64,000 bases of DNA, taken from NCBI GenBank assembly GCA_965216835.1, contig OZ244210.1, positions 237,907 through 301,906 of the forward strand. Direction: 5' to 3'. Below the pieces are notes generated by a model that searched no databases, was not told the origin of the DNA, and was given only the letters and a program-made list of their open reading frames with translations. The position numbers and the translations under genes are program-made. Positions 1-9,073 of the stretch are shown piece by piece. Within the stretch, counting starts at the first letter, position 1, and each line of letters begins with the position of its first letter. Source of the DNA: a bacterium. GTDB lineage: Bacteria; ARS69.

Positions 1-1531
1 CGGATTCTACGAGGGGCTGGACCTTCGCTTCGTGGGCGGGGAGATCGAATCGGAGGGCGGCACGCTGGCGTTCGACGGGACGCTTCCGTTCCAGTGGAAC
101 TTCGAGCATCCCGTGCCGCGGATCGCGCCCGCGCGGGAGCTGGACCTTCGTCTCTCCACCGACGACTTTCCGATCGGCGCGCTCTCGTCGATGCTTCCGA
201 TCTTCGAGGCGGTCGACGGTTCCGCGCGCGCGGACCTCCACTGGACCGGGATGGACGGGACGCTCAAGCTCGCCGGCAACTTCGGGGTGTCCGGCGCCAG
301 GATCCGCATTCCCACGTTCGCCGAGCCGCTGGTGGACGGCGAGGTGGAAGGCCGCTTCGACCCCGTCGGCAACGTGCAGATCACGTCCGCGCGCTTCGGC
401 GACGGTGCGGGCGGCGAGGTCACGGCGGTCGGCATCGTCAAGCTCGAGAACCTGAACCTCGCGGACTTCCACGTGGACGTGGCCGGCCGCGACTACCACT
501 ACGTGGGTGATGGTCTCGGCGTGCGCGGCACCGGCACCGGTCGCGTCGCCATCACCGCGGTTCCGGCGCCCGACGGCGAGCTGGTCCCGCGCTTCACCGG
601 AAACGTCGAGGTGATCCGCGCGGATCTGGATGAGCGCTCGCTCACGCCCCCGGAGGCCGCGCTGGTGGGGCCCGCCATGCCGCCCGGCGTGAGCCCGCCC
701 GAGGAAGTGGCCCCCGACTCGCCCGCCGCGCCGGCGGCGCGGGCGGAGATCTACGCGGAGATCTCCCTGCACGGGGACCGGAACATCTGGCTGAGGACGC
801 CGGAGATGGACCTGGAGCTGGCGGGCGATGCCACGCTGCACGTCACGCCCGAGTATGCGGGTCTGCGCGGCGAGGCCCGGACGCTGCGCGGGACGTACTC
901 CGTGCTGAACTCGCGCTTCAACGTGGAGCGAGCCGAGGTGGAGTTCATCGATCCGGCGCGGCCGCTGGACAGCTACATCGACGCGGAGGCCACCACGCGT
1001 GTGCTGGACGAGGACGTCACCGTGCTGGTGAGCGGCACGCTGGAGAACCCGCTGATCGAACTGTCGACCGACAGCAACATGACGGAGGCGGAGATCTACG
1101 AGATGCTGGCGCTCCGCGTGAAGCGCGACGATCAGGGCGCCGTGCAGGGAGGCGTGCTGGACGCCGCGTTCCGCGACTCCTACGTGGCCGCCTTCACGAA
1201 CCGGTTCGGCGGGGAGCTGTCCCGCGAGCTGGGCCTCGACACGTTCACGTTCGACGCGGGCTCCAGCGATGTGGGCGAGAGCGTGACGATCGGGAAGCGC
1301 GTGGGACGCGACCTGTTCGTCAAGTACCAGGAGTCCGTGGGCGATCCCAACGTCGACGAGACCAATCCCAACTCGGACACGAGCCTGCGCGAGAGCCTGG
1401 AGTCGCCCGAGCGGGCGCTCACGCTGGAGTACCGTCTTTCGGAGATCTTCACTCTGCAGGGCGAGACGGGCACGCTGAAGATCGGAGACGAGTACCTCAA
1501 CGTGGACCTCAAGATGCAGTGGGGCTACTGA
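1..1531 (+). CDS. TamB-like translocation/assembly module protein, C-terminal part (5' end lies outside the window)
   Basis: The frame is open from base 2 with no upstream stop. The beta-rich C-terminus '...ERALTLEYRLSEIFTLQGETGTLKIGDEYLNVDLKMQWGY' resembles the DUF490/TamB tail. Codon usage is GC3-rich like the host. Confidence 0.6.
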   Translation, partial: GFYEGLDLRFVGGEIESEGGTLAFDGTLPFQWNFEHPVPRIAPARELDLRLSTDDFPIGALSSMLPIFEAVDGSARADLHWTGMDGTLKLAGNFGVSGARIRIPTFAEPLVDGEVEGRFDPVGNVQITSARFGDGAGGEVTAVGIVKLENLNLADFHVDVAGRDYHYVGDGLGVRGTGTGRVAITAVPAPDGELVPRFTGNVEVIRADLDERSLTPPEAALVGPAMPPGVSPPEEVAPDSPAAPAARAEIYAEISLHGDRNIWLRTPEMDLELAGDATLHVTPEYAGLRGEARTLRGTYSVLNSRFNVERAEVEFIDPARPLDSYIDAEATTRVLDEDVTVLVSGTLENPLIELSTDSNMTEAEIYEMLALRVKRDDQGAVQGGVLDAAFRDSYVAAFTNRFGGELSRELGLDTFTFDAGSSDVGESVTIGKRVGRDLFVKYQESVGDPNVDETNPNSDTSLRESLESPERALTLEYRLSEIFTLQGETGTLKIGDEYLNVDLKMQWGY

Positions 1532-1543
1532 GCCCGCGCCGGC

Positions 1544-4153
1544 TCAGCCGGACGAGGATCCCCACCGCCGTTCCATCCGGGTCAGCAGCGAGGCCGGCGA
1601 CTCCCGCGGGTCGGCCAGGAAGCGCGGCAGCGCCATCGGGTCGTCGCCGTAGCGGGCCACGTCGGAGATGCAGGTCAGTCCGTGCGCGTAGCCGCAGTCG
1701 GACGCGAGCTGGCGGACCACGGGATCCACGTCGCCGTAGGGATAGGCGATGGCATCCGGACGCGTGCCGAGTTCCCGCTCCATGCGCTCGCGGGACGCCG
1801 TCATTTCCCGGACGGCCTCCACCCGGCTCACGCCGGTCAGCGGCACGTGCGTCACGGTGTGGGAACCGAACCGCACGCCTTCCCGCGCCAGCCGCCGCAG
1901 CTCGTCCCAGCCCAGCAGCGGCAGCGTCTCCCCGAACCGACGGTCCCACTCGTTCGTGCCGCCCGCCCGGTCCGTGACGACGAAGACGTGCGCTCCGAAG
2001 CCGCGCGCCCGCAGCCGGGGCCATGCGGCGGCGGCGAAGTCGACGTAGGCGTCGTCGAACGTGAGCAGGATCGGCCGACTGCGGAGCTGCCGACGCCGCT
2101 CCCGCGCGGCCCGCCACTGCTCCAGCGTCACCGTGCGGTAGCCGCGCGACTCCATCGCGTCCAGGAGCGACTCGAGCCAGCGGACGGGGACGCGCCAGGG
2201 TGCCGTCGCCTCCGTGCCCTCGTCCGCCACGCGATGGAACATCAGGATCGGCAGCCGATCGGCGATCGCCCGGTCCCCCCGCCGCTCGCGGAGCCCGGGA
2301 ATGCCGCGCTCCGCCAGTCGCGCCGCCACGTCCAGTGCGCGTCGGGCGCGCGGGGCCGCGTCGATCACCGGAGGCACGGGCGAGTCGGGCGAACCCGCCT
2401 CCGGGAGCGCGCCGCGCCGCTCGGCGGCCCGCCTCCGCAGCGCGTCGCCCAGACGTCCCGGCGCCCGACCGAGGATCCCGTCCCGGACCGCGGCCACCAG
2501 CAGCTCCGGTCCCAGTCCGTCGAGCAGCGTCCGTCGCAGCGCCGCCGCGGTCACCGCTCCGTCCCGCGTGGGCACCGTGACATCCTTCAGCGACTCGCCG
2601 CCCAGGAGAACGCGCACCACCAGCGTGCGCGCGTCCGTCCGCACGTCGGGCAGGGGATCGGTGATCTCCAGCGCGACGCGTCCGTCGGTCACGCGGATCG
2701 GAGGCGCCGTTCGCCGAGGCGCGATCTCGCGCAGCGCCGCCAGGCGGCTCGCGCTGTTGACGGCCCACTCCTCCATGTCGCGCCTCTTGTGGGGCAGGAG
2801 ATCGCCCAGCCGCGAGGCCGCCTCGCTCACCGCGCGGATCGGTCCGGCTCCCGGGGCGTCGCCGTAGTGGGCGGCCAGGATCCTCCAGAGGTGCTCGCGG
2901 GCGATGCGGTCCGCGACGACCGCTCCCGGCACGGCCGGACTCCGTGCCGCGATGGGCACGGGGCCCAGGTCCGACTCCCCGCGTCGGGCGCGCACCACGA
3001 GGCAGCGGATGTCCTCGCCGGCGGGCAGATCCGGGATCGGCTCCAGGATGTCGACGGTGCGGAGTCGCGTGGATCCCACGCGACCCTCGGCGTCGGCGGG
3101 TGCCTCGCCCGCCACCGCCGCCTCCAGCATCACCCGGACCCGGCGGGCCAGGAACGGCGCTCCGGTGTGCGCCTCCACCGCGTCCAGGAACCGGAGGATG
3201 CGCTCCTCGCGCGTCGGCCAGAGATCCCACCACGCCTTCGGCGTCTCCGCACGGGGAAGCAGCGGCGCCTTGAACGTCGTGCTGAAGACGATCCACGGAT
3301 CGAGACCGGGCGCCTCTTCGCCCCGCACGAGCTCCAGCAGCTCGAGCGGGTCCTTCGATCCGCCGAGCCGCATCCCCGCCGCCCACAGCACGGCGCAGAG
3401 TCGCGCCTCCGCGCGCCCCGCTTCCGGCAGTCCCGACTCCCAGGCGGGCGCCGGCCGCTCCACGCGCGGGTCCGGGCGATGCCCCTGGTCGACCACGGCC
3501 AGCCCGTTGCGGACCAGGTCCACGTCGTCCATCGAAGCCGACCCGGGCGTCATCCGGTACAGCGCCACGCGGCCGGGCACTCGCGTGAAGCGCGCGCCCG
3601 CGCGCGTGAGGCGCTGCCAGAGATCCCAGTCCTCGCACGTCTTCCAGTCCGTGCGGAATCCTCCCGCCTCCAGGATGCGCTCCTTGCGCACCACGACGGA
3701 GTGGATCGCCCAGATGCACGTCCGGGCGAAGTCGATGAAGAGCGTCTCCGGTTCGCCGGCGAGCGTGTCGTCGAAGACGGTGCCGTCCGCGGCGATGCGC
3801 GCCCAGCCGCCGAAGGCTCCGTCGACGGCGGGGTCGGCCAGCGGCGCGGTCAGACGGCTCAGGTGGTGGGGCAGGATCCAGTCGTCCGCGTCGAGGAACA
3901 GGATCGCTTCGCCCATCGCCCGCTTGAGCGCCTCGTTGCGGGCGGCGCCCACGCCGGCCTCCGGTCCGTCGAGGCCGCGGATCCGATCGTCCGCGCTCGC
4001 GAACCGACGGATCACGTCGGCGGTGCCGTCCGTGCTGCCGTCGTTCACGACGATGGCTTCCCAGTCCGCGTGCTCCTGCGCGAGAACGGATTCCAGCGTC
4101 TCGGCCAGCGTGGCCTCGGCGTTGCGCGCCGGAATGACGATCGAGACCTTCAT
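1544..4153 (-). CDS. Fusion protein: N-terminal family-2 glycosyltransferase, long central region of unknown function, C-terminal polysaccharide deacetylase (NodB homology)
   Basis: 'MKVSIVIPARNAEATLAETLESVLAQEHADWEAIVVNDGSTDGT' plus 'ILFLDADDW' are GT2 signatures. The C-terminus carries 'ILMFHRV...', 'PILLTFDDAYVDF' and 'FGSHTVTHVPL' (NodB motifs). The ATG at 4153 overlaps the stop of the upstream gene (ATGA at 4150-4153), so the longer 4234 start was rejected. Confidence 0.85.
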   Translation of the reverse strand: MKVSIVIPARNAEATLAETLESVLAQEHADWEAIVVNDGSTDGTADVIRRFASADDRIRGLDGPEAGVGAARNEALKRAMGEAILFLDADDWILPHHLSRLTAPLADPAVDGAFGGWARIAADGTVFDDTLAGEPETLFIDFARTCIWAIHSVVVRKERILEAGGFRTDWKTCEDWDLWQRLTRAGARFTRVPGRVALYRMTPGSASMDDVDLVRNGLAVVDQGHRPDPRVERPAPAWESGLPEAGRAEARLCAVLWAAGMRLGGSKDPLELLELVRGEEAPGLDPWIVFSTTFKAPLLPRAETPKAWWDLWPTREERILRFLDAVEAHTGAPFLARRVRVMLEAAVAGEAPADAEGRVGSTRLRTVDILEPIPDLPAGEDIRCLVVRARRGESDLGPVPIAARSPAVPGAVVADRIAREHLWRILAAHYGDAPGAGPIRAVSEAASRLGDLLPHKRRDMEEWAVNSASRLAALREIAPRRTAPPIRVTDGRVALEITDPLPDVRTDARTLVVRVLLGGESLKDVTVPTRDGAVTAAALRRTLLDGLGPELLVAAVRDGILGRAPGRLGDALRRRAAERRGALPEAGSPDSPVPPVIDAAPRARRALDVAARLAERGIPGLRERRGDRAIADRLPILMFHRVADEGTEATAPWRVPVRWLESLLDAMESRGYRTVTLEQWRAARERRRQLRSRPILLTFDDAYVDFAAAAWPRLRARGFGAHVFVVTDRAGGTNEWDRRFGETLPLLGWDELRRLAREGVRFGSHTVTHVPLTGVSRVEAVREMTASRERMERELGTRPDAIAYPYGDVDPVVRQLASDCGYAHGLTCISDVARYGDDPMALPRFLADPRESPASLLTRMERRWGSSSG

Positions 4154-5358
4154 CGCGCCAGCTCCCGCGCCAGGTCGTCCGCGAACCGATCGGCCAGCAG
4201 CTTGCGCAGGTGGCCGCCGCGCCAGGGCTCGCACCCCGGATCCTCCGGGACGTTTCCGATCGGCCGATCATTCCAGCTCAGGCGAAGCGCCCGCGGCCGC
4301 GCCTCGTCCAGGCGACGCTCCGCCTCCTCCAGGCCCAGAGCCAGGTCGATCTCCAGCGGCTCCGGCAGGCTCGCGGCCGGGGGGGGCGTCGGGACGGCCG
4401 GGAACTCCCGACGGCACTCCTCGTAGGCCCGCCAGAATCCGTAGAGGTGGAGCAGTCCCCACGCGTGCCGCCACGAACGTCGCGCGCGGAGGAAGGCGAG
4501 CCCGGGCAGCGCGAACCGCACGATCCGATCCAGGACGTCGCCCAGCGTCGGCCGATCGGCGGCGAGGTGCCGCACCGCCCGCTTCATCCGCCCGTCCAGC
4601 AGCGGTCCGGCCTCGCGGGCCGCCGCGAACTCGGGATGCTTCCGGTCCAGCAGCGCGACGCCGCGTCCCTCGCGTCGGGCGTCGTTCAGCGCGCGGCCCG
4701 GCCACGTCGTCTCGATTTCGAAGTGGATCGCGTGCGCCTCCGGACACGGAACGATGCGCTTCCCCCGGCCCAGCCACCGCGTGCCCAGCTCCCAGTCCTC
4801 CGCGCGGCACCCCTCGAACGTCTCGTCGAAGCCGCCCTCGCGCAGGAACGCCTCGCGCCGCATCGACAGGTTGCCCGAGAGCAGGTCGGTGGATCGCAGG
4901 CGATGCCCCGGATCCAGAAGCTCCCGGAAGTGATCCTCCCACCAGTTGCGCGTCAGGATTCGGAAGGGTGACCGCGTCGGCTCGTGGCGCGGTGGGTAGG
5001 GCCCCACCACGGCGACGTCGTCCGCCGCGGCATCGTGCGCGGCCGCGTGGGCCCCCGCCAGCCCCGGCGACGCTTCCAGGTCGTCGTCCAGGAACAGGAC
5101 GATCTCCTCCCGCGCCGCCTCCGCTCCACGGTTGCGCGCGAGGGCGGGGCCGCGACCGTCCGTGTGCAGGCGATGCATCGGCCAGGGCGCCTCGAACGCG
5201 TCGAGCACGGCGGTGGTCGCGTCCAGCGACGCATCGTCCACGACGATCACCTCTCCGATCAGTTCCGGCGAGTCCTGTCGCGCCAGCGACCGGAGCAGAC
5301 GATGCAGCGAGGCGCTCCGGTCCCGCGTCGGCACGACGATCGAGAGGCGCGCGCTCAT
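4150..5358 (-). CDS. Glycosyltransferase family 2
   Basis: 'MSARLSIVVPTRDRSASLHRLLRSLARQD...VIVVDDASLDAT' and 'IVLFLDDDLEA' (DXD) match GT2. The ATG at 5358 overlaps the upstream stop (ATGA at 5355-5358). Confidence 0.85.
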   Translation of the reverse strand: MSARLSIVVPTRDRSASLHRLLRSLARQDSPELIGEVIVVDDASLDATTAVLDAFEAPWPMHRLHTDGRGPALARNRGAEAAREEIVLFLDDDLEASPGLAGAHAAAHDAAADDVAVVGPYPPRHEPTRSPFRILTRNWWEDHFRELLDPGHRLRSTDLLSGNLSMRREAFLREGGFDETFEGCRAEDWELGTRWLGRGKRIVPCPEAHAIHFEIETTWPGRALNDARREGRGVALLDRKHPEFAAAREAGPLLDGRMKRAVRHLAADRPTLGDVLDRIVRFALPGLAFLRARRSWRHAWGLLHLYGFWRAYEECRREFPAVPTPPPAASLPEPLEIDLALGLEEAERRLDEARPRALRLSWNDRPIGNVPEDPGCEPWRGGHLRKLLADRFADDLARELAR

Positions 5359-6506
5359 CGCATCCACCTCGTCGTGACGTAGACCATCGGCCCGATGAGG
5401 CTGCCGCAGAGCCGAACGAAGCCCAGCCGGGGCGGAAGCGCGCCGGGCTTCTCCGTCGCGGCGTTCCACAGGTCCCGGAGCTGGTGCTTCAGCAACCAGA
5501 CGAGGCCGTGCCGGACGGAGGAGAGCTCCCGCTCCCGCAGCAGCGACGCCGTGAACGCCGCGTAGACGCCGACGCCGTAGCCGAAGAACGCCTGCTCCAG
5601 CGCATCGGCCTCCCGGCGGTGCCGGTGCCGGACGACCGCCGTCGGCTCGTACGCGATGCGGTAGCCGCGCCCCAGAATCCGGTGGAACATCTCCGTGTCG
5701 CCCCCGGAACGCGTGGCCGTTCCCGCGTCGAGCGCCTCGTCGAACGGACCCACGAGACGGAGCGCCTCCCGTCTCAGCGCGAAGTTCACGCCGGCGCCCG
5801 CGTTCCCGGCGGCCCCGGGACTGCAGCGGACCGCCTCCAGCGTCCGTCGGCGGTAGCCGCGCCCGAACGTGCTGAACCGCTCGTGATCGATCTGCGCCTG
5901 CGTCTCCAGCTCGGCGGGGACGGTGAGTCCCGTGACCGCCATCACCAGCGGATCGTCGAAGCGGGACCGCAGCGACTCCACCCAGTCCACGTCGGGCCGC
6001 GCGTCATCGTCCGTGAAGGCGATGACGTCCGTGCGCGCCTCGCTCACCGCGCGGTTCCTCGCGCGGTCCAGGCCCGGTCTCTCCTCCACCACTCGCCGCA
6101 CCGACGGGAACTCCGCCGTCACACGGGCCACGGAGTCGGTGCGCGGGCCGCTGTCGATGACCAGGACCTCGTCCACTCCGCGCACGCGCGTGGCCGCCTC
6201 GAGGCACGCGCGAAGATCGTCGGGGCGCTCGTGCGTGCAGACCGCGAGGGTGACCGTGGGCGATGCCCCGGGCGCGCGTCCCAGGAAACGGTCAATGCGG
6301 GCCTCGTCCAAACCGTGGTCCGTCGTGGCTCGCAGCTCCGCCTCCAGTCCGTCCGTGGAGACGACGCCTTCTTCCGCGCGCCGCTGAAGCGCGCCCACCG
6401 GGCGGCCGTGCCGGCGCAGCAGGAACCACGCGCCTTCGTGGTGCGGCTCCACGTCGACGGTGGCGGGCAGGTCGGTGAGCTCCAGGTCGCGGACGGCCAG
6501 CGCCAT
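5355..6506 (-). CDS. Glycosyltransferase family 2 with ~85 aa N-terminal extension
   Basis: 'TVTLAVCTHERPDDLRACLEA...VLVIDSGPRTDS' and 'VIAFTDDDARPD' match GT2. The start 'MALAVRDLEL' at 6506 lies 2 nt after the wzt-like stop at 6509. The rest of the 630-aa track ORF is a shadow of the ATPase gene. Confidence 0.85.
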   Translation of the reverse strand: MALAVRDLELTDLPATVDVEPHHEGAWFLLRRHGRPVGALQRRAEEGVVSTDGLEAELRATTDHGLDEARIDRFLGRAPGASPTVTLAVCTHERPDDLRACLEAATRVRGVDEVLVIDSGPRTDSVARVTAEFPSVRRVVEERPGLDRARNRAVSEARTDVIAFTDDDARPDVDWVESLRSRFDDPLVMAVTGLTVPAELETQAQIDHERFSTFGRGYRRRTLEAVRCSPGAAGNAGAGVNFALRREALRLVGPFDEALDAGTATRSGGDTEMFHRILGRGYRIAYEPTAVVRHRHRREADALEQAFFGYGVGVYAAFTASLLRERELSSVRHGLVWLLKHQLRDLWNAATEKPGALPPRLGFVRLCGSLIGPMVYVTTRWMR

Positions 6507-6508
6507 GG

Positions 6509-7276
6509 TCAGCCTTCCGCGCCTTCGTGGGCGGCCTCGCGGTAGCGGGCCACCACGTCGGCCGCCGGTCCCACCTCGACGCATCGGCCGTGGTCCATCC
6601 AGACGGCGCGATCGGCGCGCTCGGCCACCTCGTCCAGGTCGTGCGAGACGAGGAGGATCGTCCCGCCGTCCGCGTGGTAGCGGTCCAGCCGCTGGAGGCA
6701 TCGCTCCCGGAAGCTCTCGTCGCCGACGGCGAGAACCTCGTCCAGCAGCACCACGTCGGGGCGAACGCTCATCGCCACCGCGAACGCCAGGCGCGCCTGC
6801 ATCCCGGAGGAGTAGTAGCGCACCGGCGTTTCGATGAAGCGGCCCAGGTCGGCGAACTCCAGGATGCCGTCCCGCCGCTCGGCCATCTCGGCCGGGGTCA
6901 TCCCCATCACCGCCCCGTAGAGCGCCACATTCTCGGCGCCGGTGAGGTCTTCGTGGAAGCCGGCGCCCAGCTCCATCACCGCGGCCAGCCGTCCCCGCAC
7001 GTCGATCTCGCCGCGGGTGGGAAGGTAGATCCCGCCGATGAGCCGCAGCAGCGTGCTCTTGCCCGATCCGTTCCGGCCGATGAAGCCCACGACCTCGCCG
7101 CGACGCACCTCCAGGTCGAACGGCGCCAGGTGGAACTCCGGCCCCGGATCCCGCGGTCCCTGCCGGGTGAGCAGGCGGATGAAGCCGTCCCGCATCGTCC
7201 GCGCGCGATGCGTGAAGTAGTAGTACCGCTTCTCCACCGCGCGGCACTCGACGATGGGCGCGCTAGACGAGCTCAC
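6509..7276 (-). CDS. Polysaccharide/O-antigen ABC exporter ATP-binding protein (Wzt/TagH type)
   Basis: Walker A 'GRNGSGKSTL', ABC signature 'YSSGMQARLAFA' and Walker B 'VVLLDEVLAVGD' are present. The 'EFHLAPFDLEVRRGEVVGFIG' layout is typical of Wzt/TagH. The GTG start at 7276 overlaps the permease stop by 14 nt. Confidence 0.9.
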   Translation of the reverse strand: MSSSSAPIVECRAVEKRYYYFTHRARTMRDGFIRLLTRQGPRDPGPEFHLAPFDLEVRRGEVVGFIGRNGSGKSTLLRLIGGIYLPTRGEIDVRGRLAAVMELGAGFHEDLTGAENVALYGAVMGMTPAEMAERRDGILEFADLGRFIETPVRYYSSGMQARLAFAVAMSVRPDVVLLDEVLAVGDESFRERCLQRLDRYHADGGTILLVSHDLDEVAERADRAVWMDHGRCVEVGPAADVVARYREAAHEGAEG

Positions 7277-8105
7277 TGCACACGTCCTCGTAGCGGTGGA
7301 AGAGCGCCGCGCCGATCGTCAGGATCACCGCGGCCGACGCGACGGCGAGGCCCGCGGTGAGGAGATCCGGCATCGACCCCGCGTACAGGACCTGGTGGTA
7401 CAGCGTCAGCAGCGAGGCGAAGGGGTTCAGCGCGAAGAACGGGCGAACCGCCTCCGGTACCAGCGCGATGGGGTAGAACACCGGCGTCAGGTAGAACAGC
7501 GACGTCAGCGCGATGGGCAGCGCGTGGATCACGTCCGTGTACAGCGTGGACAGCGTCGACGCGATCAGTGCGACCCCCAGCGTCAGGACGATCTGCACGA
7601 GGAGGAGCAGCGGCATCAGCGCGAAGGCCGCCGGGACGCCGCCGTGGTGCGCCGTCGCCAGGACGATCAGGAGGATGAGCAGCTCCGCCGCGAACTCCGT
7701 CGCCTTGGACAGCACGGCGGAGAGGACCAGCACCTCCTTCGGCAGGGCGACGCTGCGGGTGAGTCGCGCGTGCTGAGCCAGGACGTAGGACGCCGTGGAG
7801 ATGGACTGGCTGACCGTGTTCCAGGCGAAGTAGCCGCTCAGCAGGAACGCCCAGTAGTGCTCCACGTCCAGACGGACGAACGTCCCGAACACGAGCGCCA
7901 GCACGGCGACCGTGAACAGGGGATTCAGCACGGTCCAGAGGAAGCCGAGACTGGACCGCTGGTACTTGACCTTCAGGTCGCGACGGACCAGGTGGACCAG
8001 CAGGTGGCGGAAGCGCCACATCTCGCGGGCGCGTCGTCCGAAGCCGGCGCCGCCGCCGCGCGTGATCGTGCGTCCGTCGAGGGTGGTCCGGTGGAGGCCC
8101 GTCAT
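7263..8105 (-). CDS. ABC-2 type polysaccharide exporter permease (Wzm type)
   Basis: 'RHLLVHLVRRDLKVKYQRSSLGFLWTVLNPLF' is the classic ABC-2/Wzm N-terminal motif, followed by about 6 hydrophobic helices. The ATG at 8105 overlaps the upstream stop (ATGA). Confidence 0.9.
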   Translation of the reverse strand: MTGLHRTTLDGRTITRGGGAGFGRRAREMWRFRHLLVHLVRRDLKVKYQRSSLGFLWTVLNPLFTVAVLALVFGTFVRLDVEHYWAFLLSGYFAWNTVSQSISTASYVLAQHARLTRSVALPKEVLVLSAVLSKATEFAAELLILLIVLATAHHGGVPAAFALMPLLLLVQIVLTLGVALIASTLSTLYTDVIHALPIALTSLFYLTPVFYPIALVPEAVRPFFALNPFASLLTLYHQVLYAGSMPDLLTAGLAVASAAVILTIGAALFHRYEDVCSELV

Positions 8106-9073
8106 GCGGCCGCCTCCCGCCGCCGGGCGGCCAGCCTCCGCGCGCGGTCGTAGGCCGACAGTCCGCCCAGGCACGCACCCCACATCCGGAGCAGCGCGCC
8201 CACCGGAAGGACGTCGCGGCCGATCAGCCGCCGCGCGATGCGCACGCCCGGCTTGAGCAGACGCCACGCGAGGAACGCCACCAGGGCGCGTCGATCCGCT
8301 CCGCCCGCTTCCCGCATCGACTTCACGAGCATGGCGATGAGGCCGCGCTGGTGGCCGATGATCTGCCGCAGCGCATCGTCGCGGCCCTTGCGGTGCTCGT
8401 GTCGGGCACGAAGCTCCGGCTCGTACACCACGCGGTGTCCTGCGCGGAGCAGCCGCCACATCATGTCGTGGTCGCCGCCGCCGGGGAGCGCCGCGCCCAG
8501 GTCCAGCGCCTCGTCGAAGCCGCCGACGGCCCGAGCCGCCTCCCGACGCACGGCCAGGCAGCTCCCGCTCCCGATGCTGAGGGCCCACGCGATGCGCGGA
8601 GCGCGCCGTCCGTGCAGCGGTCGATGCTCGTCGTCGGGGAGGGTCACCCGCTCCTCCCCGCGGTCGAACCCGCCGTTCGCCTCGAAGAGACGCTGGCCGT
8701 CGGTGTCCAGGCAGAGGGCCGTCACGCGGCCCGTGCAGGCGGCCACGCGGTCGTCCGCGAACACGCGCCGCAGCACGTCCACCGCGTCCGCCTCCAGCAC
8801 GACGTCGTCGTCGACGAACGCGACCACGTCGCCCTTCGCCTCGCGCAGGGCCGCGTTGCGCGCGAAGTCCAGGCCCAAAACCGGTTCCGTCTCGCGCCGG
8901 ACCTCGGGAAACTCGCTCTCCAGCATCTCGCGCGTCGCGTCGTCCGTCGGCGCGTTGTCCACCACGAGCGTCTCGTCCGGCGACGGCTCCTGGGCGCGCG
9001 CCGACGCCAGCGCTCGGCGGAGCGTCTCCGGCCGATCGTGCGTGCAGACGGCGATCGTGATCGTCAGCGCCAT
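8102..9073 (-). CDS. Glycosyltransferase family 2 (paralog of 5355..6506)
   Basis: 'MALTITIAVCTHDRPETLRRALASA...TLVVDNAPTDD' and 'VVAFVDDDVVLE' match GT2. 'GGDHDMMWRLLRAGHRVVYEP' parallels 'GGDTEMFHRILGRGYRIAYEP' in the 5355..6506 product. The start at 9073 overlaps the upstream gene by 10 nt. Confidence 0.85.
   Translation of the reverse strand: MALTITIAVCTHDRPETLRRALASARAQEPSPDETLVVDNAPTDDATREMLESEFPEVRRETEPVLGLDFARNAALREAKGDVVAFVDDDVVLEADAVDVLRRVFADDRVAACTGRVTALCLDTDGQRLFEANGGFDRGEERVTLPDDEHRPLHGRRAPRIAWALSIGSGSCLAVRREAARAVGGFDEALDLGAALPGGGDHDMMWRLLRAGHRVVYEPELRARHEHRKGRDDALRQIIGHQRGLIAMLVKSMREAGGADRRALVAFLAWRLLKPGVRIARRLIGRDVLPVGALLRMWGACLGGLSAYDRARRLAARRREAAA

Noticed and set aside
1509-6545. 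Very long alternative-frame and antisense ORFs across the glycan operon (1509..4271 -, 1682..4426 +, 2904..6545 +, and others).
   Set aside because: Their translations are monotonous Arg/Ala/Gly/Pro strings, typical of off-frame reading in ~70% GC DNA. Each fully overlaps a frame with clear GT2, NodB or ABC motifs.
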